Assembly: GCA_001244265.2 (NCBI GenBank)
Contig: CDLV01000009.1
Span: forward strand, 1,550,001-1,614,000
Source: Microbotryum violaceum
Taxonomy: Eukaryota
Reading direction: 5' to 3'
Length of the DNA: 64,000 nucleotides
Part shown: positions 24,081 through 36,500 of the stretch, piece by piece
Position numbering within the stretch: the stretch's first letter is position 1
How the letters are laid out: each line of letters begins with the position of its first letter
Notes under the pieces: model-generated
Told to the model about the DNA's origin: nothing
Seen by the model: only the letters and a program-made list of their open reading frames with translations
Database searches by the model: none
Translations under genes and position numbers: made by a program

Positions 24081-25846
24081 GTGCGGGCACGATTTCAACT
24101 ACATGAGATCCGGGTCAGAGTGCGTCTTACCAAGGGTGGACGTACTTGGTGGTCATGTAAAAGGCCTCGTCAAGCTTCAGGGTGATACATGGCATAATAC
24201 ACGAGATACAGCGGATTGCCCCGCTACGTGGTAGATGCACCATCCTTAATTGGTAAACGCAACTTTCTTCCGGAGCAAACGCACCAAACTTGCGCGAAGA
24301 ATGCACCATTTGTAAGTGAACTTTGCACCTTACTACCTGGGTAGATGCGTGAAGCTTCGGGGAGTAAACGCGCGCGCGTAATTGGTAAATGCACCATTTA
24401 CTCGCGGCATTATGTATGGTTGCTTTTTATAATTTCGGATGGCAACTGGGCCAAGCGCGCCGATAACTCGTAAGACCCTCCCAGAGGGAGGGCTCAATTG
24501 AGCTTAAGCCCTCGCCATTATACCGGCTGGCCCGGCCGAAAGGTCGCCAGCAGACTCGGTGGCACGGGCCACCTCGCCAAGTCTTCAGCGCAAGGGTGGC
24601 AGAGGGTATTTAGCGCCGGCGCTAGCTGTACAAATGGGCTACCATGGGCCTGGCTCGGGCACCTGTTGATGGGCGCGCCGCTGCTCGGCCCTCCTCTTCG
24701 TCCGCCCCGATCACCGAAACAACCGTATTGCGGCACGTATACGAGCGTGCCGTTCAGCTGTGCAGAACGGGCAGCGTGGTCATCGTGATGGGCGACGCGA
24801 CGCTCTCCTCCTATTTCAATTCCCCGTCAATTTGGCGGTTTCCCTGGTATTTCTTGAAGTCTTCTATTTGTACTTCTCGTTTTTTCGTAGACATTTTGAC
24901 GGCCCCACCCGGGGCAGCTTTAACCCCGGAGCAGCCTCACACACGGCGGGTTTGTTACAGTACGTTTAAAACGACGTCTTTGACCACTGCGTGGCAGCGA
25001 CCGGCCGGGCGCCGCACTACGTTAATTTTCGCCGAGTATGCTCCGACTCCGCTGACGAGTCCCAGTCCCAAGTTCTCCAATGGAATGCAATGGAGTGTGG
25101 TAAGGTTTATTTCTCCATCGATATTAGGGCTGAAATACAAGCTCATTATTGCCATATGCTCGATGAAACACAAGCATGGAACAAATAATGACAAGAATTG
25201 AGAAAATTGCCACAGAGAACTCGGATTTGTTCAAGTCATTATATAAAGTGGTGACGGCGTCAGCGTTTACCTGTCTAATAGCTATGTGTCGAAGGATGAA
25301 GATTGATACAAAATAAGTGGGTTGACAGGCTCCCAATCTCTGGTTCATCGATCCGTTATCCCAGTGGTTTCCATGATCACTGTAGCATGCACTGACTGCA
25401 GTGCTACATGGCAGCTAAGGCCCAAATGTCGCCACCTGCCCCACCCTGCCCCGCAGACTGCTGTGACATGGTCGGCGACTCTGACAACTTAAACCGATCG
25501 GCACGGCTACCTTGGGCCCTTCGCGCGGGCTGTTCGCTCTTTACTACTACTTAGGGAGCTATCCGAGGTGATACACTGTGCCTGACCTCTTCCTGTCTTC
25601 CGGTATAGGGCGAGGGACCTCACGTCTCCAACTGCTTCTTCGACCCCCGAACCGAGTGAGTCTTACAGAGCACCAAGTGTGCCGTACCCACAGCGCAGCC
25701 TGATTGCCGGTCGGGTCAGTCCGTTAATGATGGCGATGCCTCCAATGCCCTCCCTGCCCCTGCTTTTGTCTCAGCAGACTCTATAGTACACACATCAACA
25801 ACCGTACGGTTCAAAGCACGACTACGCCGCAGTCCCCCATTCAAAG

Positions 25847-28218
25847 ATGATGCCCAGCCCGGTAGCACCCAGTGACGAGACGCCGCCCGCTCGGAATCCT
25901 CGCCGGGCTCGATTCGATGTTGCGCCGTTCACCGAGGTCGACAACGGAGGATCGTCGACCAGGAGCAACAGTCCTGAGCCTCTTGCCACGCCAACGCTCA
26001 GCGAGAGCTATCACGGGCTCAAAAAAAATCTGTCGTTCAAATCTTTGCGCGAACTCGAGCTCAGAGAAGTCAGGTCAGCAATGTGGAGGAAAGGTGGAAG
26101 AGGCGATCCAGGGGAACAAATTTATCGTCCCAAAAACACCGAGGAGGCATTCGCTCATGCGTTCAGAGGAGGCCTGCGTAAGTGCATTGTCACTACACAC
26201 ATCTGAGGGGTCTACAGAGACATCTGAAATCATGGTAGTCATTGACCTACTTACTCTGTACAACTCGATCCCCACTTTCGACCGGCCAGGCTCACTGCTG
26301 CTGGCCGGGGGTTTGCGAGCGCTCGTCAATCTCTTCGTCGTAGCGTTGAGAATCACGCGGAAGCGGTGCGTACTGCCTTTTGTATGGCATCTTCTTCATG
26401 GTTTTCACAGCTCCCGAGGGCCCTCCATAAATCGAGGCTAAATCGCAGTTTCGTTGTCATTCCCAGCGGTCTGCCCATGGCCCTCGTTTTTCGGGCGCTG
26501 TTCGGGCCCGACACCCTTCGCTTTGCGGCAATGCTAGGCGGCTTCACGTTTCTGTATAAAGAGACTTACCATAGCCTTCGCATCTTCAACCCGGGAAAAC
26601 GGGGCCCAGGTCAAGAAGAATGGTGGCATGCTGCCGTTGCAGGGTCGATTTCGGGTGCCGCGGTATGGGCGGAAAAGCCTTCGAGGCGTGTGACGATCGG
26701 ACAACAGATGATGGTCCGCGGGTTGCAGGGGCACTACAACGTTGCGAAGCGTCGGGGCTGGATCAATATACCCCACGGTGACGTATTACTGTTCGGACTT
26801 GCTTGCGGCCAGATCGTGAGCACCTACCACTCCTTTAGCCTAGCCTATTGCCAAGCGAACTGATTTGTGTCTCGGAATGCGGTAAGATGGAGTCGTGGCT
26901 CATGTCCCCAGAAGCTCTTCCTTCCGGATATCGTCGGTGGATCACACAAGCGAGTCGAGTCGCGGAGCCCTGCCTTCCTCTCAACCTCGCTGCGTCTCGC
27001 ACCGGACGCTTCGATCCCGAGCAAGCGCGCAAGACGATTACTTGGAAGTCCGGGGCTACCCCTCGCAATGCTCTGCTCATTGAAGAATATGCCCGCGCCG
27101 CAGAGAATGTGGGTCTATTGCTTCTTACTTTCGGAACGATATGCCGTTGACTGATTGAACGCCGTCCACACCTCTCTGATAACCGGTGCTTTGACGTTTA
27201 GGGCGATTTCGGACCACCGTTTGCGCCTTGCGCAACCATTCACCCCTGGGTTGATACGTGCAGCTGGGTCGCAGTCGATCGATGGCAAGCAGTGTTCAGG
27301 TTTGTAACGGGGCGCGACATCAATAGCGTGTAACCCGATTTGCATCGACTGATCTGGCTTACTCTCGTCACTCCACTTAGATGGATGCTTCCCGTCTATG
27401 GTGCTCTCCACGTGATACCGCCGATACTTTTGAGGAGCAAGGTCTTCATGAAGGAGTGCGTATCACTGTGCCTTTCGGTTATTGGAGTCATGCCGGGTCG
27501 TGCTGTCCAACACTTGAGTGCGGATGACCGACTTTGTTCCCTCTCCTCTTATTGTAGCCCTCAACGTGTGCTTCGCAAGTCTGTTTTCGGAACGATCCGC
27601 AGTTGCTCTTTCCTTGCCACCTTCGTTGTCATTTTCCAGAGCCTGGTCTGCACCCAACGAAACATATATTCAATGATCCATGGCAAGGTACCCGCATGGG
27701 TTGAGCGGGTCTTACTTCACAAAGGATACTACTGGGTGTCAGGTACGAGCTCGTCCCAGAGAACCTCGGCTTTCAGGTGGGCTAACAATGTGTCATCTCT
27801 CACAGGATTTCTCACCTGCCTGTCCTTGTTCAACGAGGAGAAGAAACGCCGCGGCGAGCTTGCCATGTACGTCTCGATGGGAGGTCCAATGAAGGAAAGA
27901 GAATCCGACAAAGGAAACAAACACTCAACACTAATCCCTTTTAATTACACAGGTATGTACTCCCTCGAGGTATGGAGTCGCTCTGGTCTGTTTTGCGTCG
28001 TCGGTCTTACGTACCATTCGTTCCGGGCGGAGAGATTTTGATGACATCGTGAGTAGGCGCAGTGAACTAAGGCCCTGGAGCGACAACAGGCCGCTGATGC
28101 TTTGAAGTGGCGGTGCAGGTTGGGTTTGGGTATGGTGATGTCTACGTATGCCCATGAGCCCAAGATGCTCTCAGGGCTTGTCAGATCGGTATTGTATCAA
28201 TTCATTGGCCATGGCTAG
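25847..28218 (+). CDS. TMEM135/PXMP4-like (Tim17-superfamily) membrane protein, multi-exon
   Basis: RFAAMLGGFTFLYK...WWHAAVAGSISG...RRVTIGQQMMVRGLQ...HGDVLLFGLACGQI...RSCSFLATFV...EEKKRRGELAMYVLPRGMES. GT-AG introns; stop TAG at 28216-28218. Confidence 0.75.
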
Positions 28219-28345
28219 GCCACCGACTCGATGTGTCACCCAAGTTTTTCAATGCTAGATTCGATGATGGCCTCTTTGAATGATACTTAGATGGGTGATG
28301 GATGATTGCCTGCGATACATGTGGGTGTCAAATAGTCCATTGTAT

Positions 28346-30144
28346 TCATACTTTGAGCGCAGCCAAAATTTGATGCTCAATCCTTGAAGAGATCAAACCT
28401 CTACCTATGAGGACCAGTTTTGACAGGGGCTTGGCACCCTGCGCAGCTTGAGCGTGCATTGACGCCACCTCGTATAGGTCAAAAACTTCTCGGACGCCTT
28501 GCAAAACGAACGTCCGACCTGTATCGTGGGCGTGCAGCAAGGCCTTGGTCCGGAGAATACTGACGGACTCAGATTGCTGCGAGGGAGAGGCGGTTGTGGG
28601 CTCTGCGTCCGGCACCATTTCTTCCCACAGCAAATCTCGAATAACTCGATAGAATGTGCCCAGGCGTATATCATGCTCCGTAAGGTAGGGTAGCCCAATG
28701 GAAACACTCGTGATATCGTTTTGGTGCGTCAATTGTTGTTCTTGACAGCGACCTTCGACCCCGCACTGGTCGGTGTGAAGATGAGATAAGGCCAAGCCTT
28801 CCTTGGGGTCCGATGAGGGGAACGAGATGTCGAAAGGCGTAGAAGCAGTGTACATGTTGAGGTTCAGTACGGCAGAGAGTTGTATTGAGGCCCTAGTCGT
28901 ACGATGTACTAGGGCCGTTGGGTTCAAAGCGCTGGGCATGTCGACTTTGTGATTCTCAGCGGCGGCAAATGAGCACCACGTTGTCAAGGATGGGAACCCA
29001 CCGAAGCGCAAGCTCGATCCGGTCAAGAAGATGTGGTGTTGACAAATCGACCTTGTTCAATAGTATAACATCTGAAGAACCAACTTGTCTAAAGGGGGTG
29101 AGGCACCACAAGGATGGATCAGCGAATCTTCGCGGGATATAGTTCCGGCGAGTGGACGGACCTTTGCGCCTCGTTTTCAGCACCGTCCTTTCGCCGTTCT
29201 CGTAATTGCTGCCACGAGGGTACAAAATACGGTTACCATGCTAGCGTATAATGTAGGAAGCGGCTTCAGGTCATTTACTGCCTCGATTCCCTGTGCATCA
29301 ACTACGTTTACCACTGCGTCAAGCACGACGTCTGTGAGGACGACCAGGGAACTCGAGCCAAACTCAGTGGACGTCCTCGCCAATCACTGGCCCAAGGCAT
29401 GAATGAGCAGCTTACCCAAACAAAGTGCTGGCTCGTTCCAGAATGCTTGAATGATCGGGGCGGGATCAGCCAGGCCTGTTGTTTCAAGGATGATGTGATC
29501 GAAGCGGCCTTTCTTCTCCATGAGCGTCAGAATCGCGGACAGTCCTGCGTCGCGGACCGAGCAACAGAGGCATCCATTGTTGAGATCGAGCCATTCTTCA
29601 ACCGAGTCATTGCCGGACGACACGTTGATCGCTTTGGCTATTTCAGGGTGATGACGAGGAGATGTTCGGCAACACAAAAATGAGCCGGACTAGCCCATGT
29701 TGCGCCAAAATCCTCGGGCTCATGCCCTGGGGCCCGAGGCAGATTTTCTGGGCTCACATTCGATGTCCCCCGTGTCGCCGAATTCGTTCATGATGACGGC
29801 GATGCGATATCCGTGTTGTTGAGTTAGGATGTACTCGAGAAGCGTTGATTTACCTGCACCGAGGTATCCCGTGAGGATTGTTAGAGGCACCTTGGCCCGC
29901 TCTTGTACAAGCTCGGGTCTTTGAACAGTGTGCCATAGGCGCGTATACGCATGTACAATCACAAAAGTATGGAGTAATGTCAGTGGAGATGACTAGGTAT
30001 ATAAGCATTAGGGAAGCCAGCGACGAACGCGGACGAGAGCGACTCTCTCGTCATTACGGAGAGGACACGGCGAACCACGTACATAGAGTCATCTTCGTTC
30101 TCTTGCAGCGTTTCCGGTGCCGACGAAGAAGCGTGAAGCATCAT
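28346..30144 (-). CDS. ZNG1: CobW/COG0523 G3E GTPase (Zn-regulated metallochaperone Zng1/CBWD)
   Basis: [38 protein letters not shown] (CxCC), [11 protein letters not shown] and ILLNKVD, with CobW_C-like LRTKALL...VLQGVREVF...KLVLIGR. Start codon inferred. Confidence 0.9.
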
Positions 30145-30335
30145 GAGGCCCTCCGTTGTCGAATCTTTGGGCGTCAGATGAGTCCACAGACATTATCTGG
30201 CTCGGTGGAGAAAGACCACAGTCGCGGCTTGGCACGGGTCAGCGCCGGCCGGCGTAGGTTGTCGTGGGTCCGTGCTGGTCCGTGGCGCGACTTCGCGAAA
30301 TGATGATAGTGGTTTTCAAATTGGGGGGCGGTAAA

Positions 30336-31486
30336 CAGGGTTCCCCATTAGATGTCTAGATATCTATCTTAGCACATCTCGCTAAGATATAGATGACATC
30401 TTATCTAGGGGCCAAATGTCTTAGATAGATAGATAAGGCCCCGGGAGTTTCCTTAGATATCTTTAGATATCTTAACTTTTTTTGTGTCTGGTACAGTCTC
30501 CTGTTGCGTTGGAAGTTGTAGTTTCCCCTAAGGCGGTTCTTGCTCCCTAGCGAGGACATCGAATTTCAAATCGTATTCGGCTCAATCCCCATGTCTGTGC
30601 CGCATGGTTTGGCCCAAGCGCTAACCGCGGGTGAGGGGGGACGGCTTGCCGACGGGCCAATTTGGGAGCTGAGGCCTTCAGACGTTTTTGCTGCCAGAGC
30701 GTGCTTCATCAACTAATCACCTGGATCACACAAAGAAAGGAGGTGCAATTGCGACATTTTGAGAACTTCGCAATGTACCCGCGCCGTTTTCTCTTCTTTC
30801 GTCGTACACTCGCACTCTCACACCTCGCCGAACGACTATACTAGTAATCGATAGTCTTTGCTAAAGCAGCTTGGAGTCGGACGTCGGATGTCCCCACAGC
30901 TGAGGAGGAGCTTGCGAGTACGAAATTCGCCACCAACGATGAGGCACAGACTTACTACTTTCGACTGAGAGGAGGCTCTACAAACGATCGCTGGCAAGCT
31001 AGCTAGTTCAGCTGAGAAGGTAAAGTTAAAGACGTCATGGCGGTCGTTCCTAGCGGTGGTGGAGATTTCGGACGACTCTGACGATACTGATTAGCACAAC
31101 GATCGGCCTCAATGCATTCTCCCGCTTGACCAAGCAATAATTCGTCTTCCCAGCACTTATCAATACAAGAGAATCAGAAAACAGTGAACAGAAAGCCAGC
31201 TTTGCCTGTTCATCCACATTTTGTGATACTTAAATTGTGGTACTGGCCACCCAACAGGCTCCCACGAGTCCCAAACGACCGCCTCCAAGCGAAGATATCT
31301 GGCATCTTATCTCCTAAGATATCTATCTCTATCTCATCTTAACCCACTTGGATATCTATTAGATATCTAGGCATCTATCTAAGATATCTGACTAAGATGG
31401 GAGATAGATAGATAAGGGCCAGAGCCCGATTTTTTTAGATAGATATCTAATATCTGCGAGATCATCTTATCTAATGGGGAACCCTG
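30336..31486. mobile_element. Non-autonomous hAT-type element (1151 bp) with AGATA/TATCT subterminal arrays
   Basis: Perfect 18-bp TIR CAGGGTTCCCCATTAGAT; 8-bp TSD GCGGTAAA (30328-30335, 31487-31494). Sits between the divergent ZNG1 and RRP15 starts. Confidence 0.95.
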
Positions 31487-31849
31487 GCGGTAAATGCCTC
31501 ATACAGGCACTCAGTGGCACAGTCGATGAATATCCGGGAATCATACCTAATAGGCTAATACTTGCAACTATTTCTGCCGAGGGCAAGAATGGTATCGACC
31601 ATGATCATCATATTTATTGCAGCATGGTCGACTTTTTGCGGATGACGGTTTACCCGGGGCCCATGGCGGCCGCCCTGCCCGCGCAGGTTGACCGGACTGT
31701 GGCGTATCAGGCCAATTAGGTCAGATCAGCTCGAACCGATCAAGAACCCGACGCGCCTTCGAACACGAGCTGCCGCATTGTCCCTGTGTCTCTGTGTCCC
31801 TGCACCCGGCTATCGAGAATCTCGTACAGTCCACACATCTCCAAGCGCC

Positions 31850-33014
31850 ATGGCACCCAAGTCGATACTGAAGCAGCGCACAGTCTCTGGTCATTCTGCG
31901 TCCGCCTCTGCTTCTCCGAAACGAACCATTGTCGTGCCCTCGACTTCAACTTCGCAAGCTCGCCCGGCTCGAGCGTCGCACCGCGCTGACAATGGACGGA
32001 TCCAGGACGGCCTCAACGCTGGGAGGAATACTATTGTCGGAACGGATGGTGAGGAGAAGGTAGACGACGACGACGACGATGTTGTATATGGTGACCGCGA
32101 TGATGACGAGGAGGAAGAAGACGAGGATGAGGACGAGAATGATGGCGACGAAGACCTCGACGAGTCCCAAGCGCTTGGCGAGAGTTCGCGAGGATCGAAT
32201 GGTGGCACGAGGTCTAAATCGGTCAAGAGTACGTCACAAATCAACCTGGTGTCGTTTGAAAGCCAGAGTTGGGTGTTCCGTCACTCAAGCCGAAGACTGA
32301 GCTGCCTCGCTTTCTTCGCTTGCAGAACTCAAGAACCCTACTCTGAAGCCGACGCCGGCCCCGGCCTTCTCGCAGGCGCTCAATCACCTACTCAGTCTAC
32401 CACCAACGACGGCCTCGCTTGCCCCGAAGGTGGCCCCTCCTTCAGCTCACGCACAACGACTTGACCGTAAAGCACGCAGCGTTTTGCGTGAGTCCAAGGC
32501 GCAGCATCTGGCACAAGGTCACGTGCCGGATGTGATCGCCGGGTGGGGAGCCCGGCCGCCCTTACCATTCAGTCTGTGGGAATCCAGTCAAGCCAGGGAT
32601 TTCGAACATGCAAGACGAGGTGGAGACTCGTCACTGTCGGAGGTCGTCGAATCGGGAGCAGAACGTGAGAAGCGGCTGCGCAAACTCGCGCAGCGCGGAG
32701 TAGTCCGCCTTTTCAACGCGATCGGAGCTGCTCAAGGTGTGCCGGATCGCTTGGACCGAGAAGACGTCAAACGTCGGCGCACAATCGAGAGTGTTGCCAC
32801 CGGGCTTCCTCGTATCGGCAATGGCCCGCTTGGGGGTACGATTGCGCGGCAGCCGAATGTATTAGGAGGACGTGGCAAAGCCGAAGCCTGTGAGTTGATC
32901 GGCATCTCGCGTTATTACACGTGTGCTTATCCTGCATGTCCGTTACAAACGTGTATAGTGAGCAATCTATCTAAGCAGTCGTTTTTGGATCTTGTGCGCG
33001 CCGGCACGACATGA
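31850..33014 (+). CDS. RRP15: Rrp15-like 60S ribosome biogenesis protein
   Basis: Acidic N-terminus, EREKRLRKLAQRGVVRLFNAI and terminal LSKQSFLDLV motif. Introns at about 32229-32325 and 32890-32958. Confidence 0.8.
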
Positions 33015-33598
33015 CATGTCTGAGCGCACCCAGCACCTTCATCAATGCGGGCTAGCACAGCGCCTCTTCGGTTATGCACGACAGTGCCCTTCCGCTGCCT
33101 CTTGATGTGTTACATGCACGGGCAAGCCAAATTGTCCAGAGCGTCATTCAAGCACGAGGTCTTCTAGTAGGGCGTCCGTCGCAGTTTTTTCGGCGGCCCC
33201 CGTATAATTTTTGCTTAAGAAGTTGTATCCAGCCGGCTCAGATCGCACGCAATGGAGATGAACGTGTTTTGTAAACGGTGCATCAATTCTTTACCGAAGT
33301 CACCAGGTCCATGCAGCCCTCACCGTCCCAACAGCTGACGATTGCTGAACTGAGCTGCCGAGGGCCGCCGAGAGCCTTCGCGAGCTGTCGAAAGGGCAGG
33401 AAGGACCGAGCTCAGCGTGGAGCGCACGCTATGCGCGCTGTCGCGCGTGCGCGCGTGCAACCTGACTGAGCAGAGAACGGCTTCGTACCCAATAGTGGCC
33501 AGCCAGTCATTCATCGACTCTTCACTGTCCGCGCTCTGAGCATAGGTCACGCTTCTACGGTACCTACTCAGCGTATTCAAACACTTCTCTGCACACCG

Positions 33599-35996
33599 AT
33601 GGCGTTCTTTGCCAAGGATCCTCGCTCGCAGATGATGCTCGGTGGAGGAGAGCGGGTCAGTGGAGCTGAAGTGCGCGAACAAAACGTCCAGGCTGCGGTC
33701 GCTATCGCGAATGTCGTCAAGTCTAGTTTGGGCCCTCATGGACTGGACAAGATGATGGTCAGTGCGAAACCCACCGGTGAAAGCCCGTGATCCTACTTTG
33801 CTCTACTCTACAGCAACTGATAGCCTTCTGCAATTGCTCCTGATCCTGCTGTGGGAGAACGACCCTTTCGCGATGACGAATACCGGTGCCACTAGGTGGA
33901 TGACATCGGCGTGAGTATACTCGCCCACGGTGTGATCTGGATGTCTCTGGTAGTAAATCGAACTCATCTCTGAACTGACCCGTTTTCTACTTATCCCTAC
34001 TCTTCCTGGTCCCGGTTCCGTGTGCAAAGGACGTGACGATTTCCAACGACGGCGCGACCATCCTCAACCTGATCGAGGTCGAGCATCCCGCTGGTCGCAT
34101 CTTGGTGGAACTGGCTCAACAACAAGATAAGGAGGTCGGTGATGGCACCACTTCCGTTGTTATCGTTGCAGCCGAGCTATTGCGCCGAGCGAACGACCTC
34201 GTGAAGAACAAGATCCATCCTACGACGGTCATTACTGGCTATCGTCTCGCGTGCAAAGAGGCTGTCCGCTTTCTGACCGAGCAGCTGTCCGTCAAAGTGG
34301 ACTCACTTGGCAAGGAATGCTTGGTAAACATTGCAAAAACGAGCATGTCGAGCAAGGTCATCGGCGCGTAAGTCTCCGTTTCGCTGTCGTGGGCGCAACG
34401 AGGCCTCCTTACTTAGCAGCCGGCTCCGCCGGATCATGCGGATCATGACCTCGCCCGCACAGGGACGACTCTTTCTTTGCCAACATGGCTGTTGACGCCA
34501 TGCTAGCTGTCAAGACGATCAACCCTCGCGGCGACATCAAGTACCCGGTCAAGGCTGTCAATATCCTCAAAGCCCACGGCCGAAGCGCAACCGAATCGGT
34601 GTACGTGAAAGGCTATGCTTTGAACTGCACAGTAGCGAGCCAAGGTACGTCCATGCTGCTTTTTTGGACGGGTCGCAGATTCGAGGCGGTCTTTGCTTAC
34701 AGCACAAGGCAATTCTGCTCATAGCCATGAAGACCAAGATCACCAACGCGAAGATTGCCTGCCTCGACATGAATTTGATGAAGGCGCGGATGCATCTTGG
34801 AGTGCATATCACAATTGATGATCCGGAGCAGCTGGAGGCAATTCGTAAAAGGTGAGTGAAACTGCTCTCGATGTCGTCAATGAGAGCTCACGCCGCCAGT
34901 CTTCGCATGCTGCTGCAGGGAATCCGAAATCACGCTCGAGCGGATCCGTAAGATTCTTGCGACAGGCGCCAATGTCATCCTCACGACGAAAGGTATCGAC
35001 GATCTGTGCTTGAAGGAGTTCGTCGAAGCGGGGGCGATGGCTGTCAGGCGATGCAAGAAAGAGGACCTTCGACGCATCGCGAAAGCGACGGGTGCGACCA
35101 TGGTCAGCAGCTTGGCCAATCTCGACGGTGAGGAGACTTTCGAAGCGAGTAGCCTGGGTCAAGCAGACCAGGTCGTGCAGGAACGCATCAGCGACGACGA
35201 GCTGATCTTGGTCAAGGGAACAAAAACCGTCAACTCGAGCTCAATCATTTTGAGAGGAGCCAATGGTTAGTGCTCGGCTATTCGTTAGTTTGTACAGGCG
35301 GTGGCTCGGAGCTGATTCCTGATTGCTTTTCCCTGGGCTAGACTTCCTCCTCGACGAAATGGAACGAGCGCTACACGACTCACTCTGCGCGATTAAACGA
35401 ACCCTCGAGAGTGGCAGTGTCGTTCCGGGCGGTGGCGCAGTCGAAACGGCGTTGAGCATCTACCTGGAGAATTTTGCGACTACTCTTGTATGTCAGTGCC
35501 CCAGGTCGAAAGTTATGTGTGTGACTGACTTGCCCTTTCTCTTACAGGGCTCACGTGAGCAACTAGCCATTGCTGAGTTTGCAAGTGCCCTGCTGGTCAT
35601 TCCCAAGACGCTCGCTGTGAACGCAGGCCAAGACTCAACAGAATTAGTTGCCAAGCTGCGAGCGTATCACAACGCTGCACAGACGGCTGCGACTGGAGAT
35701 CCCAAACGAGGTCTGCGCTTCTACGGGCTCGATCTTGCTAAGGGCGAGCTTAGGGACAACGTCCAGGCCGGTGTCCTGGAGCCCATGGTCAGCAAGGTCA
35801 AGAGCTTCAAAAGTGCACTTGAAGCTAGCACTGCATTGTTACGAATCGACGATCGGGTGAGATGATTTTGCAGGCGCTGTACGGCGTTGAGAGTGCATGA
35901 CTGAAGCGATCCTCACCCTGTCACTCAAAACTTCTCACCTCACAGATCACTGTACCTCCAGCGCAGCAAGGAGGCGATGATGGTCATGGGCATTGA
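33599..35996 (+). CDS. TCP1: T-complex protein 1 subunit alpha (CCT1)
   Basis: [76 protein letters not shown] and LLRIDD. Includes a 15-nt micro-exon at 33896-33910. Confidence 0.97.
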
Positions 35997-36439
35997 TCAA
36001 GCGGATGCTGGGTAACAGGAGAAGATGAGAAGGAGACGTGCTCTTTATCTTCGATCTGCCGATGAGAATCTTGGCCAACTCAGTCGGTACCTTGCGTTTT
36101 GCGTCTCGTCCACATTTCTTTTTCCAGCCTCAGTCATAAATAGGATATAGCAGAAAAGGTCCTGCCAGAATATTGCAATAGGGGTCATTTATATGATCGA
36201 GGCTTCAAGTCTCCCAGGCCCTGGTCCTCCCACTGCAAGTCGTCAAGTGTAGGCAGTCCAGGCTAGTTCAGAGCTGTTCAGAATCGTGCGCGCTCACGCG
36301 CACTGTCACGCTCTTTCTCTGCCTTTCTGTTCCCCTCATTCCTCACTCGTCTGGCATGTTAAACTGCATTCTGCCAAGCCTTCGAACACTTCGACTTTGG
36401 ACCGCCGTTCGACGCTCTTTCCGCCTTTCGCCTCGCGCC

Positions 36440-36500
36440 AGGACCCCAGAAAGCCCAGCCGGAGGCCCCCCCCTTTTTTTTTTTTTTTTTTTTTATATAT
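36440..36500 (+). mobile_element. Orphan left TIR of the same family as the 15325-15588 MITE
   Basis: AGGACCCCAGAAAGCCCAGCCGGAGGC followed by a C run and 21 T. No partner TIR found in the window. Confidence 0.65.

Larger units (their letters stand above)
20434..24412. repeat. Long (~335 bp) inverted repeat pair, 20434-20771 and 24081-24412
   Basis: TAATGCCGCGAG.AAATGGTGCA...GCATCTACCCAGGTAGTAAGGTGCAAAGTTCACTTACAAATGGTGCATTCTTCGCGCAAG... occurs in both orientations. The ORF track shows the same peptide MVHSSRKFGAFAPEE on + (20449) and - (24127-24309). Confidence 0.95.
17864..24506. mobile_element. AcademH-like DNA transposon (degenerate composite), TIRs ~80 bp, 9-bp TSD
   Basis: Ends TAAGCTC...GAGCTTA with TIR core GAGTTATC.GCGCGCTTGGCC.AGTTGCC.TCCGAAATT (17864-17948 inverted with 24430-24506). 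TSD ACCCCTCGC / AGCCCTCGC (17855-17863, 24507-24515). Carries convergent helicase and transposase remnants. Confidence 0.75.
17644..24847 (+). mobile_element. Short non-autonomous Helitron, copy 2, split by the AcademH-like insertion
   Basis: Begins with TC immediately after copy 1. Segment 17731-17863 matches 15089-15230 and 24540-24805 matches 15250-15300 plus 15589-15790. Ends in hairpin CCGTCAA-T-TTGGCGG followed by CTGG|T (24844-24848). Confidence 0.7.

Noticed and set aside
33758-34030. Possible intronic snoRNA in TCP1 introns
   Set aside because: No convincing C box (RUGAUGA) plus D box with terminal stem, and no H/ACA architecture, seen by eye.
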